A model generated the notes under the pieces. The model had not been told where the DNA came from and searched no databases. It saw nothing but the letters and a program-made list of their open reading frames with translations. A program made the translations under genes and the position numbers. A stretch of DNA of 43,991 nt, counting the filler, from Jimgerdemannia flammicorona (taxonomy: Eukaryota): the NCBI GenBank assembly GCA_003990765.1. It is 2 parts of 2 records of this genome, joined end to end, with 100 filler letters (N's around TTAATTAATTAA, not from the genome) between each part and the next. Parts side by side here need not be neighbours in the genome. Positions count along the whole stretch, not along the records: positions 22,050 to 43,991 come from RBNJ01001361.1; 1 more part is not named here. One strand, given 5' to 3'. Below are positions 38,938 through 43,991 of this stretch, one piece after another. Numbering within the stretch: the first letter of the stretch is position 1; each line of letters opens with the position of its first letter.

Positions 38938-40983
38938 TATAAGAGGGTTACTTTTTAGGGTAACCATTACGTAGTTCTGGAAAGGTTTTCTGGATATTCT
39001 GGATGTTCTGGAAGACCGTTTTCTTATGGTCAAGATCAATATTGTATGGAGTACGTCCTCTATACTTATTGATTTCAAGATCGGGTTGACGTCTCAACCA
39101 AAGTCCTTTTCTGGACTAGTTCTGGATATTCAGGATTTTCTGTATTTCAGGAAGTTCAAGAAACTAAGACCAGCTTAGTTGAATTGGCGTATCGCTGTAG
39201 ACAATACCCAATTAGGAAATTTCGTGATGGGGTTAGGAGTGGGACCTAACAGGGAGCAAGAGCGGATTTACTTAAGAGTGGTTTGTGGGTTATGGAATAG
39301 GTTTATTTGCTATTCATGATATTGCTATACTAAGAGTATTTGTGTGAAGGGATATTGTGGGGAAGTATTCAGGAATGTTCTTGTGTGTTCAAGTCTGTTC
39401 AAGTCTGAGATTCTGAGGTCTGAGAGAGGGAGTATTTATACTGGTGAGGGGCTATCTGGACTATGCTAAATATGGATGTAGCACTAAGTGCTTTGCTGAG
39501 TCGGAATGCAGTCCCGTAGTACAAGTGTGATCTGACATGTCAAGAGATCATCTGACTGCTGAGTCAGTTCACAGTCACATCGTACAAGGCTAATCTAACT
39601 ATACTATGACTGCTAGGCTATTTATGGGTTTAGGCACTGTCTGGGTAGTCCTCGATGACATCACCATCGATTGCATCATCTCTGATAAAGTAGTCATCTA
39701 GAAAGAGTGGTTCGCGGATTACTTCTCCTTGTTCGCTGAGGTAATAATACATTGGAACTTCATCACCATTCCACAGGATAGCATCATCCGTCTCATATGC
39801 TGGATAAGGTGTTGGTGGGCGAAGGAGGGGTGCATTGTTTTCACTTTCGTCAGATTCGCTGTCTGTATACCTTCTGTAGGTTATAACACTATGAGTCGCA
39901 GGGTTATAGTAAGCTGGTGGCTGTGGTTCATGTTGCTCACACTCAGGTGGTGGAGTGGTTGGTTTGATCTCGAGGGTTGTCTGGAGGTATAGGTTGTGTT
40001 CTCCAGTCTCTTCATTGTAGTTGAAGTAATCGGGGGTGAATGCAGATTGGTATTCATGCTAGTGGTCATTGTCTCAATAAGTCTCGTATGTAGTTATGAA
40101 CTGTTGTAAGTTTATTGGCAGAGTTGGTAGAGTGATCAGAGTTGGCAGAGATCCTTGGCTAGAGGTCATGTTGGCATCAGAGGGATCATTGTCTTCTGCT
40201 TCATCTTCATCGAAGTGGATTATATTGTAGATGTCCTTCATAGCGTATCCAACTTGGGGCATTTGCAGGATTTGATCATTGGGGTGTGGGAAGGTTTTGT
40301 CTGTGGTTTCGATGTACTTGAGGTACTTGTGGTTGAGTTCTTGTATCATGTCATCAATTTGGCCATAGGACAGGGTAGCAACCATTTTGCTGGTAGTAAC
40401 TCGGAGGCGGGAAATAATGGTACTGTACTCATAGAAGAGTTCTTGATGTTTGCAGGCAATGAGCTTCTGGTGTTGAGACATCTGGGTAATGTCTGTATCG
40501 TGGTGGTGTTCGACCATGTCTTCCAGGAGGCGGCCGATCTGGTAGTAGCTTGAGATTTGTCCGATTCGGTGGGCCTCGCTAAGCATGTTCAGAGCATTCC
40601 ATTGGGCTTCCACAAAGTAGAGGGGTGCTAGGCTATGGATATTCATGAGGGGCAGAGGGAGTGTGGCTCGGTTGACAATGGCATTCCAAATGTCAGCACA
40701 GATATGGTTGTAGATCTCAGTGGTCATATTTGTGTGTTTGGAAGTTGTAGTTGTTGTTTGTTTTGATTCTCTGATTTGACACATCTCGGTGCTCAGTATA
40801 TATGTATTTAGTCCTGATTGGTAAGATTCTGTTTGTGTAAATCTTGTATTCCGTGACTTTGTATTGACTCAGCTTTGTGTGCTGTGACTTCAGTTTGACT
40901 TAGCTTCGTGATCAAGCAGATAATTTCCAGATTTGTTCAGAGGTTGCGTGTAATTTCGGTGGCTTAGAGGTTGTGTACTTACA
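38938..40983 (-). mobile_element. Element E: complete 2046-bp TG...CA element with one ORF, nested in C
   Basis: Minus strand TGTAAG...CTTA(T/C)A; 5-bp TSD AAGTG (38933-38937/40984-40988); both ends confirmed by independent copies (2334 start; 289 end); TATAAATA at 39433-39440 and AATAAA at 39302-39307 downstream of ORF. Confidence 0.85.
39630..40727 (-). pseudogene. Element E ORF (365 codons; ORF3-like N-domain, acidic/Pro-rich tail)
   Basis: MTTEIYNH...SSYYQIGRLL...QKLIACKHQELFYEYSTIISRLRVTT; only two internal stops (TGA 40074-76; TAG 40059-61, which is TGG in the 2334 copy), then 142 open codons to TAA 39630. Confidence 0.75.
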
Positions 40984-41042
40984 AAGTGGCACATTGAGCT
41001 GTGCTTGAAGCAACTAGAGATACAAACCACATGCCACAATAT

Positions 41043-43991
41043 ATACTAAATATAAAGAGAAGATAGGCCAAGAATAATGAGATAATTACTGAGATATTGG
41101 CTGGTCCAGAGGTAAAGAAGATTGAGATGATAGAGACTATTGTAGAGTATAGTCTGGACTTGGCTTGAAAGGAGATAAGTGTGGAACTATGAGAAAGTTG
41201 GGCTTATTCTCTAATATTATTTCCTATAAACAATATAACTAACATTTTCTCACTAAATATAAATAGTTTAAGGAGCTCTGTGAGATATGGAAATATTTTT
41301 ACTTAGCTAAAAAGATTGGATACCAATCTTTTCTTACTGCAGGATATATATTATAAGAGGGATTTAGATGAATAAGAGTAGACAAAAGAATGAGATAGTA
41401 TAGTAGTTTAGAGAAACAAAGTGGAAATCTTAATGCAGAATAGTAGAAGAGATTTTAGTGAGATTAGAGGTTAGAAGAACTACTTGGTTTGGAGAGAGTA
41501 GTAGAGGTCTGAGTAGAAGCTAGTAGTTGTCAGCTCTTGCTACTACTCTGTAGATTATAGAAACTGAGTAGAGTATATAAATAGTCTTTGTAAGTGTGGG
41601 GCTCTGGCTGAGACTAGAGTAGATATGCTTAGTGGGAACTTCAACATGGTATAGAGTATACTGTTGGATAGAACTAATAGTGAATAAGATACTGGAGGCA
41701 GAAGTAGTGATCTGAATATCTGGGAGGAAGTAGAATAGTTGAGTTCTTTAGTAGATACTAGCAGAGTATTATAAAGAGACAAGAGGGTCTATATCTACTG
41801 AATGAATAGTTTTATTATAAGAATTGACTAGATGCTAATAACTGAATACTGGGGGATAGATATCTAGATTAATCTGGAGGTTAAGTAGTCTCATTTTATA
41901 TATCTTCTGACCTATCTATAGAATTTGCTTCTATTTTAGGTATTATCTCTCTTTAACTTTATAATTGATTTGAAGTCTACTTATATCAATATACCTATAC
42001 ATATCTATACTGGTAGTCTCTACTCAGAAATCAACTCTCTTCTTTAATTTCTCAACTCCTGTCATATCTCTAAGCAAACAGTCTTTTCTTTGACTGATAA
42101 TATCCTCAGTTAATAAGTATTATAGATAGCTAATGATAAGAAGCTCTCTATAACTATAAAGAACTACTTCTATAACCTAGTTACTTATTAGGTGACCTAC
42201 TAGTGGGGCCCTACTCTTCAGTATACTAATTTTCCTCTATTTAACATAGTTTTAAAGAATATTACCACTAACCCTCCTCTCAATATCTCATCACTCAAAT
42301 ATCTTCCTATTATCTACTTATACCTCTAGTATATTTATCTTTACTTATATCTTAACTCTCTACTCAGTACTATAGTCTAGGCTATTATTATATAGTCTTC
42401 TATAATCTCATAAGAATAGGTAAATTAATAATCCAGAATGGTTAGGTTTTTAATTTATTCTATACTCTGGGGCTAAACTCAACTAATATAAGTATGAAAT
42501 GATAGTATTAGGTAATGACCTGATGGGAGGGGATATCATTAGAACAATTGTCCCTGTAGGAGATACTGTGCAGTATTTGGGTATTTATCTTTCAATTTAT
42601 AGATCAGTCTTACTAAGATCTTAGTGGGAGCAGTAGGTGGCTATTTGGAGAGAGGCCCTGTAGAGTTAGAGAGGCAGTCACATCTCTTTAGTGAGTTATG
42701 TTTCAATTTTGAATATCTACTAGCTGCTGAAGCTGTGGTATTTGGTATATCATCTGGACTTTCTAGTTTGAGTGGTAAAGAGACAATTGAAGTTGGCTAA
42801 AGGTTGGATCTAGGCTAGGAAGAGAAGTCAGATTAGCTGAGAAATTTTGTCATTACCAATAGCTAGAGAAGGCCTTTGGCTGGTTAACTTCCTGAAGAGA
42901 CTATATTATTAGAGAGCTTGGTGGTTGAAGAGAGCTGTGGAACTGAGGGGTAGTAGCTAGACTTCTCTGATAAAAAAGGTCTGAGAGATGAGATTCTCAC
43001 TAAGAAGCTCTACAGGAGATCTACTCTCTTTAGTTAGACTTCAGAATAGTGGGTGTATGCAGTATAAGAGCTTCTGATAGGGAGTAGTTGATAGAATATA
43101 CTACATTGATATCTGCTAGCAGAAGGCTGAAGGAGAGATATATTGGGGCCTAATAATGTAGAGATATAATCAAGTATTATTGGGGGGTACTCTTCTAATT
43201 GACTTCAATATTAGTGATGGGGTTGAGTGTCAGAGAGAGTTGAGATAGGATATATTGCCTATTAGCTAGCAGATGGTGAGTATTGAAAAGGAGTGAGACC
43301 GGAATAGGGTTTGTATCTAGAGTGCAGAGATATGGCATTGGCTACCACCTAAGTACTGAGTGGTTTGGTGGTATATATTGAGATAGAATATCATGCTCAA
43401 TTTTCATTCAGATTACCTTATAGAGGAGAGTAGCTTTAATTGTAAGAAGTATTATAATATATGACAGAAATGGAGATTTGTGCAGATATTAGAATATTGA
43501 CTGAGAGAGTGCAAGATACTTAGAGACTTTTAGTTAGAGATTGGGAATTGATTGGATATTGTGAGAAGGGGGGATAGTGAGAGGGGTCAATGAGAGAATC
43601 TGAGAGATAGATTGGTGGGGGGGATTGAAAATGAGTAGCTTACTGTTGGTTGAGTTTTAGCTATATAGGTAGGGCTAGCTGATTATTTATTTTTAAGAAA
43701 GAGAGATATGGGAGTTTGGGAGAGTGGCTGACAAAATGAGAATGGTTGGTGGTGGATGTCTTGATAGGCTGGTGGCTGGAATGAGGTCTGCAGAGAGGTT
43801 GATGATATTGTTTGATAGAGAAGATTTGAGAGTAAAGTAGAGAGAGGGCTGTGATAATAGGTAATAAAGTGGTATTCAAGAATGAGAGTATAAAGATAGG
43901 CCCTCTAAGGGGGATTGGATAGTGGGATGGGGTACTGAATTTATATTTAATAAACTGATAATAAATAGTGAAGTCTAAGAGATAATAAAAA
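41043..43991 (+). mobile_element. LINE continuation: endonuclease remnant, RT core missing/replaced (~41900-42420), C-terminal part and 3' end
   Basis: GNFNMV (decayed GDFN), RID.ML; 42470-43991 aligns with reverse complement of 12108-13650; ends in an A-rich 3' terminus. Confidence 0.75.

Larger units (their letters stand above)
36833..41038 (+). mobile_element. Element C: 2155-bp (net of nested E) TG...CA element with one ORF; giant solo-LTR-like
   Basis: Ends TGTGACATG/CATGCCACA, TSD ATAT (36829-36832/41039-41042); removal restores LINE reading frame; carries the Gypsy-B LTR TATA/polyA block at 38284-38337; no gag/pol. Confidence 0.8.

Noticed and set aside
38938..39251. Separate 314-bp solo LTR (TGTTAGG...CTTATA on minus) with tRNA-Ala-like PBS
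   Set aside because: Its flanks give no TSD, whereas 38938-40983 has a perfect 5-bp TSD; better treated as the 3' part of E
36833..41038. Single 4.2-kb element with two convergent genes
   Set aside because: The AAGTG TSD and independent E copies show E inserted secondarily into C

Overview
Eukaryotic (probably fungal; inference) transposon graveyard with no recognisable host gene, rRNA, tRNA or CRISPR. It is two contigs joined by an artificial 100-bp linker (21950-22049), so the halves need not be adjacent. Contents: (i) two full-length, pseudogenised Ty3/Gypsy LTR retrotransposons of one family (A 5033-11699 minus; B 24885-31586 plus) with ~465-bp LTRs, 4-bp TSDs and order gag-PR-[Cys/His module]-dUTPase-RT-RH-IN plus a conserved 153-codon third ORF; (ii) an older pol remnant of that family; (iii) Ty1/Copia remnants acting as landing pads; (iv) one full-length and several partial L1/Tx1-like LINEs; (v) an apparently endonuclease-less Penelope-like element next to a poly(A) tract; (vi) MITE-like and hAT-like ends. 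The most interesting items are two different ~2.0-2.2 kb TG...CA elements (C 36833-41038; E 38938-40983 nested in C, with partial E copies at 1-289 and 2334-3388). Each has its own TSD and LTR-type TATA/AATAAA signals, has no gag/pol, and carries a single ORF that aligns by eye with the Gypsy ORF3. They look like giant ORF-carrying solo LTRs or non-autonomous derivatives. All elements show graded C>T/G>A decay. Alignments were done by eye; no database searches were run.
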